The notes beneath the pieces were generated by a model. The model ran no database searches and was not told the origin of the DNA. It was given only the letters and a program-made list of their open reading frames with translations. Shown here in pieces: positions 38,623 to 48,061 of a stretch of DNA of 55,195 bases (the stretch's first letter is position 1; the number at the start of each line of letters is the position of its first letter). The translations under genes were made by a program, and so were the position numbers. This stretch comes from Gammaproteobacteria bacterium (lineage in GTDB: Bacteria; Pseudomonadota; Gammaproteobacteria; Pseudomonadales; Oleiphilaceae): the NCBI GenBank assembly GCA_030427465.1, contig JAUIAZ010000001.1:1-55195 (forward strand). Reading direction: 5' to 3'.

Positions 38623-41600
38623 TCAGTAGTCGCGCTTCCACTGCAGCTCTACCCCCCCCTGCTGGCCCGAGCCCGTGGTGGTTCGCAGGTTGACCTGGGG
38701 GGTCAGTTCGATATCCACGCGTCCGGCCCAGGGCTTGTTCGGGTCGGGGGTCCTTTCCAGTTCCACATACACCCGATCGTTGATGTATTTGCCAACGCCA
38801 ACTCTGACGCCGCTGTCTCCGTTATCCAGCTCCTCACTTTCCACATTGATCTGGTCTACACCGGCCAGCTGACGAGCCATTTCCAGAGGATCCGGGAATC
38901 GGCTTCCCCCCTGCAGCGTCTGGATTGCAGAAGCCAGGCGCACGGCCTGAAACGGTGATATGTTGCGTGCGGACTTACCAAAGAGCAGACGCGACATCAG
39001 TTCATCCTGTGGCAGATCCGGGCTGGAACTCAGCGACAGATCAAAGTCTTCGAGCGTCCCGAGCAGATTGAGGGTGTAATCGATGTCCTGATCACTGTAT
39101 TGCCCCTCAACGCTCAGAACGACCGCACCGTTCTGCAGGCTGGCTGTACCCCGGGCGATGATGAAGCGCTTACCAAACAGATTCATACTGCCCCGGACTG
39201 TTCGGAAGGTGCCCCGATAGTTCAGACGGTTCACGGGCCCGGTCAGTTTGACCGAGCCTTCCAGTTCGGCATTCAAACCACGACCCCGCAGGAAAGCCTG
39301 CTGGTCGGCTTCAATCCTGAGATCAAGTGCCAGCAGGGAGTCTTCCTCGCTGCTCTGCCATAAGCCCATCACGCTGTCTTCACGAACCTTTTCAACGACT
39401 TCGATTTCAGCAATCCCGTCGCTGAAATTTTCATCCAGTTTGAGGGTCATTGGCTGTAACCGGATGCTTCCGCCGAGCAGATAGCCACTGAGATCTCCGC
39501 TGAAACTGAGATCCCCGCTGGCAGCCCCGTCAAACAGGTCTGTGTTCAGCAAAGCCGCTTTGTCCAGGTTCATTCTGAGATCTGCCCGGGCATCTCGGGA
39601 CCAGTCAAAATCTCCGCTCAGCTTCAGCTTGCCGTCATCCCCGACACGGGCCTGGCCTTTATCTACCACTACCCGCTGACCTTCAAGCAGCAGGCTCAGG
39701 TCAACAGCACTCAACCGCGTACCACTCTGGGGTATGTCCACGGCGACATCCTTGGCCACTATCCGGCCGTTAACCACTGGAAGCAGCGGTGACTCACCGG
39801 TTTCCAGAGCGTCGGTTCGGGCATCGACCACCAGGGTCCCTCTCAGATTGACTCCGCTATCCGGCAGCAGATCCTGCAATAAGCCCAGGTCCACACTGCC
39901 ATCCAGAGCCAGAGCCGGGATTCTGGGAAGCGACTGATACTGGCCAGACCGCCATACCTGCCAGAGAAACTCCTGCAAGGATCGGGTGGAGGCTCTGGCT
40001 TCCAGTTTACTCCGGGCTGCCTCCAGAACCATCAGTTGACTCTGTGCGAGAAGCGTTTCCCCTTCATCGGCGAGCGACAGCTCCAGGGCCACCGGCACAG
40101 GTCGCTCCTTGCCTGTCTGAGGATGGCGCTGGATCAAGGTTTTCTCATAGTTCACCGCGCCCTGCAAAGACAGCCGGTCAGCATCCAGCGTGGAATCCAG
40201 GGTCGCGGAAAGCACACCACCGGGGCTCTCAAGCTGGAAGCGCTTGAGCCAGTCGAGCGGAAAGTCGCGGGTCTGCAGTTTCAGAGTCACTGCAGAAGGC
40301 TTGGCAACCAGTCGGGCTCGCAGCAATTCGCGGTTCTGCTCGCGATCTGACAATACCAGCAAGGGAATGTCGGCAGTGGGCCGCTGTGCCCAGATATCCG
40401 ACACTTGGGCTCGCAGATCCAGACGGGTCTGTGTGAGAAAATCAAGTTCGGGCACCCACTCCTGCAACCACCCGAGCCTCAGGGAGCCTGCATTCAGTTC
40501 CAGCTCTGCCTGCCGGGATGACCAGTCAAGCCATCCTGCGACACTCAGCTGGTCCGTTCGGGTATCGGTACGAGCCTCTTGCAGGGCGCTGCCAGATAAC
40601 CCGGGAGCCAGTATTGCCGGCCTGAACTCAATTCTCGAACCGGCACCGTTCAGGCTGGTATTCAATGTCACGGGTGTGGCTCCACCGCCCGGTTGAACCG
40701 TCAGCTCGCCCTGTTGTGTCCAGGCCAGGTGATCAAAGGGGCCCTGAAGCGTAAACGAACCATCGACGATCAGAGCCAGCTCGCGAACCTGTGCGGGCAG
40801 TCCATCCAGCGTGCCCTCAGGTATCCAGGGCCGTAAATGGACATCGCGCAGGCTGCGGTAACTGCCTTCCAGGTCGAGGGAACCGTCAAATACCAGCGCT
40901 CCATTCGCGCGTACTTCGGCCCCCTTGTAGGTGAGTACCGCCTCGCGGGTGGTCATGCGGGTGAAGTCTCCGCTGCCGGCCCAGCTCAGTTCAAATGCCT
41001 GCTTCTGATAGCGACCATTCCCGGTCAGGCGGCCAGACCATTGCAAATCATCCAGAGGCCCCTGAAGTGAAGCTTCACTGGCCTGTGCGCGCCACGTCAA
41101 CTCTGGTACCCCGGCGACATCGAGTTGTTGCAACAGGGCGTGCGTGGTTTCGGCGCGATCGAGCATAAGGTCGAGATAAAGATCAGAAAAACGCAGACTG
41201 CCCTTACCGCCGGCCGAAATCGCACCCCAGCTCGCCGAGATATCTGAGGCGTCCAGGCGCTCGCTATTCAGTCGTAGAGCGGTTTGCAGACTCAGCGGGC
41301 TACCGCGGTAAGTCGTTCTGGCTTCCACCGTGCCTTGACCCCGCTGTACCTGTCTGTCCAGGCTGACTTCGAGGTCCGCATTCAGCCATCCTCCCTCGAG
41401 GTTCGGCACCAGCGCCTCAATCAATGCCAGGGGAAACTCATTGAGCTTGAGCTGGCCCTGGAGGCGCGCTTCACGAACTTGCCCCTGCAATTGCTGCCGA
41501 CCCTCCATAGCCCGGAGTTCCAGTGAGTCCAGCCGCAGGCCCCGCAGGGCTTCCTCCGCCAGATACTGATAGCTGGCACCCTCGATTGTCAGCCCGGAGG

Positions 41601-42129
41601 TAATGGGCTGGTCGAGCTGGGGATGCAGCACGCGGATCTGGGACAGACCCACCCGCCCGATCACAAAGCGGTAAAGGGACAGCGAAGATGCTTCTTCCGG
41701 GGGTTCCGGCTCCGGCTCTTCGTCCTGCTCTGTCTGAGGCCACAATGCAGGGTCTGCCTGAACCCGACCAGCCTTCACCGTAAAGCGGGTCAGTTCGATC
41801 TGGCGGTCCAGCAAGGCCATGGGTTGCCATTCCAGTGACACGTCGCTGAGGTCCAGAAGCATTTGCCCCTGGTACCCCAGTTGAAGCCGCCGGATACCCA
41901 GTTCCGAAAGAGAGCGCCAGCGAGGTGATTCCAGCTTCAGGCTCCATTCACTGCCCGCCAGCGCAGCTTCAACTCCTTCCTGCAATAGCAGAGTGCGGCC
42001 CCAGGAAGAGCCGAGCAGAACGACAACCAGCACGAGCACCAGTATGAGCAGCCCGAGGAGACTATCCAGCATAAAGATTAGTCCACGCCCCAGAACCACC
42101 GGTAGGCGCTTCAAGGCTCGCAAACGCAT
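38623..42129 (-). CDS. tamB: Translocation and assembly module subunit TamB (DUF490)
   Basis: 1168 aa. N-terminal signal-anchor and the C-terminal DUF490-like end ...GGVELQWKRDY. It is translationally coupled to tamA (TGATG at 42127-42131). Confidence 0.85.
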   Translation of the reverse strand: MRLRALKRLPVVLGRGLIFMLDSLLGLLILVLVLVVVLLGSSWGRTLLLQEGVEAALAGSEWSLKLESPRWRSLSELGIRRLQLGYQGQMLLDLSDVSLEWQPMALLDRQIELTRFTVKAGRVQADPALWPQTEQDEEPEPEPPEEASSLSLYRFVIGRVGLSQIRVLHPQLDQPITSGLTIEGASYQYLAEEALRGLRLDSLELRAMEGRQQLQGQVREARLQGQLKLNEFPLALIEALVPNLEGGWLNADLEVSLDRQVQRGQGTVEARTTYRGSPLSLQTALRLNSERLDASDISASWGAISAGGKGSLRFSDLYLDLMLDRAETTHALLQQLDVAGVPELTWRAQASEASLQGPLDDLQWSGRLTGNGRYQKQAFELSWAGSGDFTRMTTREAVLTYKGAEVRANGALVFDGSLDLEGSYRSLRDVHLRPWIPEGTLDGLPAQVRELALIVDGSFTLQGPFDHLAWTQQGELTVQPGGGATPVTLNTSLNGAGSRIEFRPAILAPGLSGSALQEARTDTRTDQLSVAGWLDWSSRQAELELNAGSLRLGWLQEWVPELDFLTQTRLDLRAQVSDIWAQRPTADIPLLVLSDREQNRELLRARLVAKPSAVTLKLQTRDFPLDWLKRFQLESPGGVLSATLDSTLDADRLSLQGAVNYEKTLIQRHPQTGKERPVPVALELSLADEGETLLAQSQLMVLEAARSKLEARASTRSLQEFLWQVWRSGQYQSLPRIPALALDGSVDLGLLQDLLPDSGVNLRGTLVVDARTDALETGESPLLPVVNGRIVAKDVAVDIPQSGTRLSAVDLSLLLEGQRVVVDKGQARVGDDGKLKLSGDFDWSRDARADLRMNLDKAALLNTDLFDGAASGDLSFSGDLSGYLLGGSIRLQPMTLKLDENFSDGIAEIEVVEKVREDSVMGLWQSSEEDSLLALDLRIEADQQAFLRGRGLNAELEGSVKLTGPVNRLNYRGTFRTVRGSMNLFGKRFIIARGTASLQNGAVVLSVEGQYSDQDIDYTLNLLGTLEDFDLSLSSSPDLPQDELMSRLLFGKSARNISPFQAVRLASAIQTLQGGSRFPDPLEMARQLAGVDQINVESEELDNGDSGVRVGVGKYINDRVYVELERTPDPNKPWAGRVDIELTPQVNLRTTTGSGQQGGVELQWKRDY

Positions 42130-43934
42130 CAGAATGCCTGCCCGATATTCAGGTAGATCTGATAGATGTCATCGACATCATCACGCCGGTCCAGCGGCCA
42201 GGCAATGTCGAAACGAATGGGTGCAAAGCTGGTGTAATAACGGATGCCGAAGCCGGCCCCCATGAGCAGGTCGCCAAAGCCTTCCGGCGTGACTGACGCA
42301 AAGGCATAGCCGGCGTCCACAAAATAAACAGTTCCCCAGTTGCTACCGTGTCGCAGACGAAGTTCGCTGGCGAACTCAGTGAAGGAGCGGCCACCCAGCG
42401 CCTCCTGGTCCTCGTCCAGTTCGCTGATGCTCTGATACTCATAGCCCCTGACGGATCCCCCCCCGCCCACGTAGTAACGCTCATCCGAAGGAATGTCGAG
42501 CAAGGCTGTGCTGCCTAGCGCACCGGTGAGAATACCGCTGGCGGCGCGCAACGCCAGGGTCGGGCTGCCCGACCAGTCTTCCTGTGTAAAATAAAGACTG
42601 CCGGACCCTATCAGCTTGATATAGCGGGTACCCGATCCGAGCGTGTCAAAAGTGGGGATGACCTGTCCGGTAACAACCCAGCCCCGGGTCGGATCCAGCA
42701 GGTTATCGGCAGTAGAGTTGGTCACACTCAGGGGAAACGACAGCAGCGCGTAAGACTCTTCTTCCCCATCGTCCTCGACCTCACTGACCTTGAACTCGAC
42801 CCCGCCCGATACCAGCCAGTGCGCATTAACTTCGCGGCTCAGTATGGCACCCAGCGTGATATCCTTGGCGAAATAGGTATCCCGGTCTTCGCGGTTCAGA
42901 TCTGCACTCAGGGTCATGACCTGCCTGTCGGCTCCGAACTGGGGCAGAATCAGTTCAGACTCGAGCTTCTGGGTAAATGTCCCGACGGTGAGATCCACGC
43001 CAAAGCGTTCACCACCGTGCAGCAGGTTGCGATGCTCCCAGCCAGTTTTGACAGTGAAGCGCTCATCGGTGCTGAATCCCACACCAGCCTTGACAGTCCG
43101 ATGGTTGCGTTCGGTCAGGTTTAAACGGATATCTACCTCGGTTTCCTCGTCAGAAAGCGACAACTGCTCGTTAACAGAAGCAATCAGATTGGATTTCAGC
43201 AGGTTGGTCTTGCTGCGGTTCAGAGCCTGCCTCTTGAAACAATCCCCTGGTTTAAGCTCGAGGCGTTTTCTGAGCACAGGCTCTTCTATACTTTCCAACC
43301 CTTCCAGGCTGACCGACCCCACCCGTACTTGCGGCGACTCGAAAATCCGCAGGCTGACATTTGCTGACTGCGTCTCCTGATCAAGTACGACACGATAATC
43401 ACTGCGGACTTCGAGCAGGCAGTTCTCGGCTTCAGCCGCCCGCTCCATGGCCTTCTGTGCCTCCAGAATGGATTCAGCCTGCAGCGGGGCCCCTTTGCGC
43501 AGCCCGAACGCGGCAGGCTCCGGGTGCTGCACGCCCTCGGGCCAGATCCAGTCAATCTGGCTGATCGTGTACAGGGCTCCCGGGTCAATCCGGAACACCC
43601 ACTCTGCGCCCGGTTTGTTCAGACTGACCACCGCATCATAGTACCCACGACTACGCAGATATTTACGCACCATGTCACGTTCCCGGCGAACCTGCTGCAG
43701 GGGTTCCGGCGGGTCTTCCAACAGACCGAAACGGATCTTGCGATGCTCGACAATCAACTCGCGAAGCTTGTCTCCGGTCTTGTCAGTATCCAGCCGATCT
43801 GCCTGTTCCAGATTAACAAACTCAAAAACAAAAGCAGGGCCGGTGTCGATCAGGGACGTAATGGCACTGGCCACCTGACTGAAGGCCAGCAAGGCAATCA
43901 GCAGGCTAACTCGCCGGTCAATCAGAAAGGCCAA
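42129..43934 (-). CDS. tamA: Translocation and assembly module outer-membrane subunit TamA (Omp85 family)
   Basis: 601 aa. Signal peptide, POTRA-like N-terminus, Omp85 barrel ending ...LNIGQAF. TTG start. Confidence 0.85.
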   Translation of the reverse strand: MAFLIDRRVSLLIALLAFSQVASAITSLIDTGPAFVFEFVNLEQADRLDTDKTGDKLRELIVEHRKIRFGLLEDPPEPLQQVRRERDMVRKYLRSRGYYDAVVSLNKPGAEWVFRIDPGALYTISQIDWIWPEGVQHPEPAAFGLRKGAPLQAESILEAQKAMERAAEAENCLLEVRSDYRVVLDQETQSANVSLRIFESPQVRVGSVSLEGLESIEEPVLRKRLELKPGDCFKRQALNRSKTNLLKSNLIASVNEQLSLSDEETEVDIRLNLTERNHRTVKAGVGFSTDERFTVKTGWEHRNLLHGGERFGVDLTVGTFTQKLESELILPQFGADRQVMTLSADLNREDRDTYFAKDITLGAILSREVNAHWLVSGGVEFKVSEVEDDGEEESYALLSFPLSVTNSTADNLLDPTRGWVVTGQVIPTFDTLGSGTRYIKLIGSGSLYFTQEDWSGSPTLALRAASGILTGALGSTALLDIPSDERYYVGGGGSVRGYEYQSISELDEDQEALGGRSFTEFASELRLRHGSNWGTVYFVDAGYAFASVTPEGFGDLLMGAGFGIRYYTSFAPIRFDIAWPLDRRDDVDDIYQIYLNIGQAF

Positions 43935-44923
43935 GTAAGCGGTGCCTCCTGCAGGGCAGCCTGCTGCTCACGCAGACTGAGAATGTGATCGCTCCAGTAA
44001 CGGGAAGAGCCAAACCAGGGAAAGGCGCTGATAAAAGCCGGGTCTGTCTGTCGGCGGGCCAGCCAGGCCGCGTAGTGCATCATACGCAACGTACGCAGGG
44101 CTTCTATCCAGTTGAGTTGAACGGGGGGCAGATCACAGAACTGCAGATAGCCTTTCAGAACCGCTGCCAGTTGCAAGGCCTGCTGTTCCCGCTCACCACT
44201 GAGCAACATCCAGATATCCTGGATCGCCGGCGCATGACAGCAGTCATCCAGGTCAACCACATTGAAATAGTCGTCCCGCCACAGGATATTGCCGCGATGC
44301 AGGTCGCCGTGAACCCGGATGCAGTGATTGCTGTAGGCAGAACCAAGCCGCTCCCGGATGCTGTCCAGCAGCTGACTGGCCAGCGCTTCATAGGCCGGGC
44401 GCAGGTCCGCCGGTACGCTGTTGGCCAGCAAATATTCCACACTGTCTTCACCGAAACGAGCCAGGGTCAGTGTTGGCCGGTGGCGAAACTCCCTGAGCCC
44501 ACCCTGGGCATGCCAGCGCCCAAGAAAGCGACCCATCATGGTCAGGACGTCTTCATTATCCAGATCTGGTGCATATCCTCCCCTGCGTGGTGACAGCGAA
44601 AACCGGAAACCGCCAAAATTGTGCAGGGTGCTTCCTGTCGGATCCTTCAGCGGTGCCACAACGCTTAGCCCGGCATCAGCCAGTTCCTGTGAATAGTGAT
44701 GCTCCTCGAGGATGGCGTCATCTGACCAGCGTTCGGGACGATAAAATTTGGCGATCAGGGGGGGCTGAGCTTCGAGACCGACCTGAAACACACGGTTTTC
44801 ATAGCTGTTGAGTGCGAGGAGGCGGCCATCCGAAACATAGTCTAAACTTTCAACAGCATCCAGGATGATATCCGGTGTTAAACTTTCGAAGGGATGGGTT
44901 TCGCGTTCCGGCGAATGGGACAT
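43922..44923 (-). CDS. srkA: Stress-response Ser/Thr kinase SrkA (YihE/RdoA family, APH-like fold)
   Basis: Start trimmed to MSHSPERETHPFESLTPD. Motifs NSYENRVFQV, RVHGDLHRGNILW and VVDLDD. Confidence 0.85.
   Translation of the reverse strand: MSHSPERETHPFESLTPDIILDAVESLDYVSDGRLLALNSYENRVFQVGLEAQPPLIAKFYRPERWSDDAILEEHHYSQELADAGLSVVAPLKDPTGSTLHNFGGFRFSLSPRRGGYAPDLDNEDVLTMMGRFLGRWHAQGGLREFRHRPTLTLARFGEDSVEYLLANSVPADLRPAYEALASQLLDSIRERLGSAYSNHCIRVHGDLHRGNILWRDDYFNVVDLDDCCHAPAIQDIWMLLSGEREQQALQLAAVLKGYLQFCDLPPVQLNWIEALRTLRMMHYAAWLARRQTDPAFISAFPWFGSSRYWSDHILSLREQQAALQEAPLTWPF
43945..43950 (-). promoter_or_regulatory. Shine-Dalgarno AGGAGG for tamA, located inside the 3' end of srkA
   Basis: A perfect AGGAGG lies 10 nt upstream of the tamA TTG (43934). 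The srkA stop is at 43922-43924, so the two CDSs overlap by 13 nt. Confidence 0.6.
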
Positions 44924-45028
44924 TGAGTGGAACTCCTTCTTTTCGCTCCATTGTACGTAAGGGGAGCAGCCTCTGGAAAGCGCTGCTTGCCGTAGCGGAA
45001 ACGGAAATCGGTCAAAGGCAGTCAGGGA

Positions 45029-45808
45029 ATGAAGCAAATAACATTCACACCACCTCACCTACTCTGGCTCGGACTGGTTTCCTGCCTGGCTCTGCCTTGC
45101 ACAGCGACTGAAACAGACACTGAATCCCGGCAACCGCCCCTGGTTTTCAGTTACTGGGAGGAAGCCCAGGCGCCCTTCGTAGAACGCAGCAACGGAGACG
45201 TGACTGGCGGTCTTCTGCGCTCGATCGCAGATGCCTTTGCGCAAAGCATTGGGTACCGGCCTGAGCTCAAGGAACTGCCTGTTAAACGGGTCGAACCCGA
45301 ATTTATTGCTGGCAATGTCGGCGTGACCTGTCTGACCCACCCCCAATGGTGGAACCAGCCTTCCTTTCCGCGCTGGACGGACCCGCTGCTGAGCGATGGT
45401 GACGCCCTGGTTGTGCGTGTCAAGGACGCTCCGGATTACGGTCAGCTGGAGCAACTCAACGGCCGCACTATCGGTTTGTTTCGAAGCTACGAATACGAAG
45501 CCGGTTTCATGAAAATGCTGAACCAGGGACTGATCCGGCGACTGGATCTGGTAGACCAGAACCGGGGCTTCGAGTTGCTACTATTGAACCGGATTGATGC
45601 GCAGGTGGAATTTCACAGCGTGGCCCGTCATCTCATTCACAGCCAGGGTCTTCAGGATCAGCTAACCGTGGCGCCGTACATGATCGAGCGCTTTGATCTG
45701 TCGTGCGCGGTTCACCCCGACCATGCCAGTCACCTGCCCCGCTTCAACAAGGCCATCAGCCAACTGCGAACCACCGATGCCTTTATCCGTCTGCAGCCAG
45801 ACAGTTGA
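45029..45808 (+). CDS. Periplasmic solute-binding protein, family 3-like
   Basis: 259 aa. Signal peptide (LLWLGLVSCLALPCTA) and a two-lobe PBP-like size. The family call is weak. Confidence 0.6.
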   Translation: MKQITFTPPHLLWLGLVSCLALPCTATETDTESRQPPLVFSYWEEAQAPFVERSNGDVTGGLLRSIADAFAQSIGYRPELKELPVKRVEPEFIAGNVGVTCLTHPQWWNQPSFPRWTDPLLSDGDALVVRVKDAPDYGQLEQLNGRTIGLFRSYEYEAGFMKMLNQGLIRRLDLVDQNRGFELLLLNRIDAQVEFHSVARHLIHSQGLQDQLTVAPYMIERFDLSCAVHPDHASHLPRFNKAISQLRTTDAFIRLQPDS

Positions 45809-45811
45809 AGT

Positions 45812-46114
45812 TCAATCCGGCTCGCGGTTCTTTTCGAAAGCTGCTTTCTGGTCAGCGCTGGCTTCGGTCTGGTAGCGCGCCTTCCACTCCGGGTAGGGCA
45901 TGCCATACACGTACTCGCGGGCGCTGCCATCTTCAAGACTTTGACCCTGCTTCCCAGCTTCCTCGCGAAGCCAGCGCGACAGACAATTCCGGCAGAATCC
46001 GGCCAGATTCATCAGCTCGATGTTCTGAACGTCTGTACGTTCCTGCAAATGCGCAAGTAAACGTCTGAAAGCGGCTGCCTCCAGTTCGGTCGTGATACCG
46101 GGGTCTTTGTTCAT
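45812..46114 (-). CDS. DUF1244-family protein
   Basis: 100 aa. EAAAFRRLLAHLQERTDVQNIELMNLAGFCRNCLSRW matches my memory of DUF1244. Confidence 0.65.
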   Translation of the reverse strand: MNKDPGITTELEAAAFRRLLAHLQERTDVQNIELMNLAGFCRNCLSRWLREEAGKQGQSLEDGSAREYVYGMPYPEWKARYQTEASADQKAAFEKNREPD

Positions 46115-46131
46115 GCGGGATACCTGTCAGT

Positions 46132-47952
46132 TCAGCTGAGTGAGAGATGCCGGGCCAGTTGCTTCTTCAGGGTGGCCAGGTCAACGGGCTTGGCAACGAA
46201 AGCATTCATGCCGCTTTCGAGACAGCGTTCGCGATCTTCCTCACGGGCGTTGGCGGTCACCGCCACGATAGGCACCTGCCCGGCAGGAAGAGGCAACGCT
46301 CTGATGGCCCGTGTTGCCTGATAGCCGTCCATGACCGGCATCTGGCAATCCATGAGTACCAGATCATACGTGTGCTGCCTTACTCGCTCAACCGCTTCCT
46401 GGCCGTTCTCGGCGATATCCACGTCAGCAGCCAGTTGCCTGAGAAGCCGGCTCATGATCATCTGGTTTACTTTATTGTCTTCCACCAGCAAGATGCGTGC
46501 ACTTGCTGTTACGGTCTGATTTTCCGCAGCTTGAGGCCTGACTTCCTGCGGCCCCGGCTGGCCTGCCGCTGCTTCAGGCAAGGGAGCTTCTGTCTGCAGG
46601 ACACGCGCAGGAAAGCGGAACACCGCCTTGGCCCCAAGGCCTGAGTCCGGTGTTTCAAACGCCAGGCTACCATCCAGGCAAAGACTGACCTGGCGGGAGA
46701 TGGCCAGCCCCATACCCAGACCGCCAAAGCGGCGCGTAAAGCTGCTGTCAAGCTGATGGAAGGGCGTGAAAACCGCCTCCAGCAGTTCTGGCCGTATACC
46801 CGGACCGGTATCGGAGACCACCAGTGTAAAGGTTTGCCTGCCCTGCGGGTCCGGTTTTTCCTGAACATGCGCCTTGAAGCGGACAAACCCGTTTTCCGGC
46901 GTAAATTTGACGGCATTTTCCAACAGTCGACGCAGCACCAGAACGATCTTGTGACGATCTGCCTCAACCACCAGCCCCCGAACAGCACTCATATCTGTCT
47001 CAAAAACCAGAGATCGTTTGGCACTCTCATTGCGGACAATCCGGATAATTTCCAACAGCGTCTCTTCCAGGTGAAAGGGGTGGTCGCGCTTGACCGGCGC
47101 CCCCGCAACAAACTCCGAAAAAGTCAGTATTTCATCCACAGACTTGACCAGTTCCATGGCGGAAAAACGCGCAATCCCCAGAATTTCTTCCTGCTCCTGA
47201 CTGACGGAACCTTTTCTGAGAAGATTCAATGCACCCGTCACGCCATTCAGGGGGGTGCGCAGTTCGTGGCTGATGGTGGTCAGGAAACTCTCCTTCAGCC
47301 GGTCACTTTCCTGAATCGCCGCCAGAACCCGGCGAGTAGCCAGCCAGGCCAGCCCAAACAGACCAAAGATCAGTATCAGCCCGAACAGGCTGGCGGTCTG
47401 CTGTGCGCTGCTGTAGCGCTGATTGATGGCCTGGAGTTCCTGCTGATAGCTTTCATAGGCATTGACCTCCCAGTCTCCCAGTTCGCTTTGCAGATCACGG
47501 AACGCGCCATTGGTAGCAGCAGCCTTGCGCACAAATTGCGGATAATCTTCACTCTGGTACGCCAGATCCGGTGCCAGATCCCGAACCAGCTCAAGATATT
47601 GCTTCAATAGACGCCGGATCCGGGCCAGGCGTTCGGCAGGGGCATCAAAATTTTCTGCCAGGCGCTGCAGACTGTGTTGCAGATCCGACTCGGACTCAAG
47701 CCCCATCTCAACCAGCAGCGGATTCTGCAAGGCTATGGCGGCAGCCAGACTTTGCCGGAAGTCCTCAGTATCGGCGCGGAAGCCTCGTATGGCCTCTATC
47801 CGCGGGTAATCTACTGACAGCAGATGCTGCAAGCGTTCATCTGCCTGTCTGCCCAGTTGGTGGTTGTAGGCGAGGTAGAGGAAAAATGCGACTCCGCCCA
47901 CAATGGCCATCATGAATATGGTCAGCCGGATTCTTTCTGTGTTGTGTACCAA
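46132..47952 (-). CDS. Hybrid sensor histidine kinase / response regulator (periplasmic helical sensor, HisKA, HATPase_c, REC)
   Basis: 606 aa. H-box ISHELRTPLNG, G-boxes DTGPGI / GGLGMGLAIS, and REC ILLVEDNKVNQ...DLVLMDCQMPVMDG...KP. The TTG start is uncertain (internal ATG at MMAIVGG). Confidence 0.85.
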   Translation of the reverse strand: MVHNTERIRLTIFMMAIVGGVAFFLYLAYNHQLGRQADERLQHLLSVDYPRIEAIRGFRADTEDFRQSLAAAIALQNPLLVEMGLESESDLQHSLQRLAENFDAPAERLARIRRLLKQYLELVRDLAPDLAYQSEDYPQFVRKAAATNGAFRDLQSELGDWEVNAYESYQQELQAINQRYSSAQQTASLFGLILIFGLFGLAWLATRRVLAAIQESDRLKESFLTTISHELRTPLNGVTGALNLLRKGSVSQEQEEILGIARFSAMELVKSVDEILTFSEFVAGAPVKRDHPFHLEETLLEIIRIVRNESAKRSLVFETDMSAVRGLVVEADRHKIVLVLRRLLENAVKFTPENGFVRFKAHVQEKPDPQGRQTFTLVVSDTGPGIRPELLEAVFTPFHQLDSSFTRRFGGLGMGLAISRQVSLCLDGSLAFETPDSGLGAKAVFRFPARVLQTEAPLPEAAAGQPGPQEVRPQAAENQTVTASARILLVEDNKVNQMIMSRLLRQLAADVDIAENGQEAVERVRQHTYDLVLMDCQMPVMDGYQATRAIRALPLPAGQVPIVAVTANAREEDRERCLESGMNAFVAKPVDLATLKKQLARHLSLS

Positions 47953-48061
47953 AAGTGACCGCCCTATCAGAACACGTCAGCTGAAAGTATAGAGTGCTTT
48001 CCGGGCCTTGACCTGTGCTTTGCTATACTGAACGACTGTGTCGGTATAAAACGGTTTCCTT

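Noticed and set aside
46756-47610. 284-aa ORF antisense to the hybrid kinase, and similar long antisense ORFs at 43985-44593, 36811-37407, 37774-38337, 35908-36510 and 5006-5557
   Set aside because: All lie opposite CDSs with strong family motifs. Most of them lie in GC-rich DNA, where stop codons are rare. None has recognisable domains.
48008-48029. TTGACC ... TATACT promoter-like hexamers upstream of the porin-like gene
   Set aside because: The spacer is only 10 nt, which is incompatible with a sigma-70 promoter.
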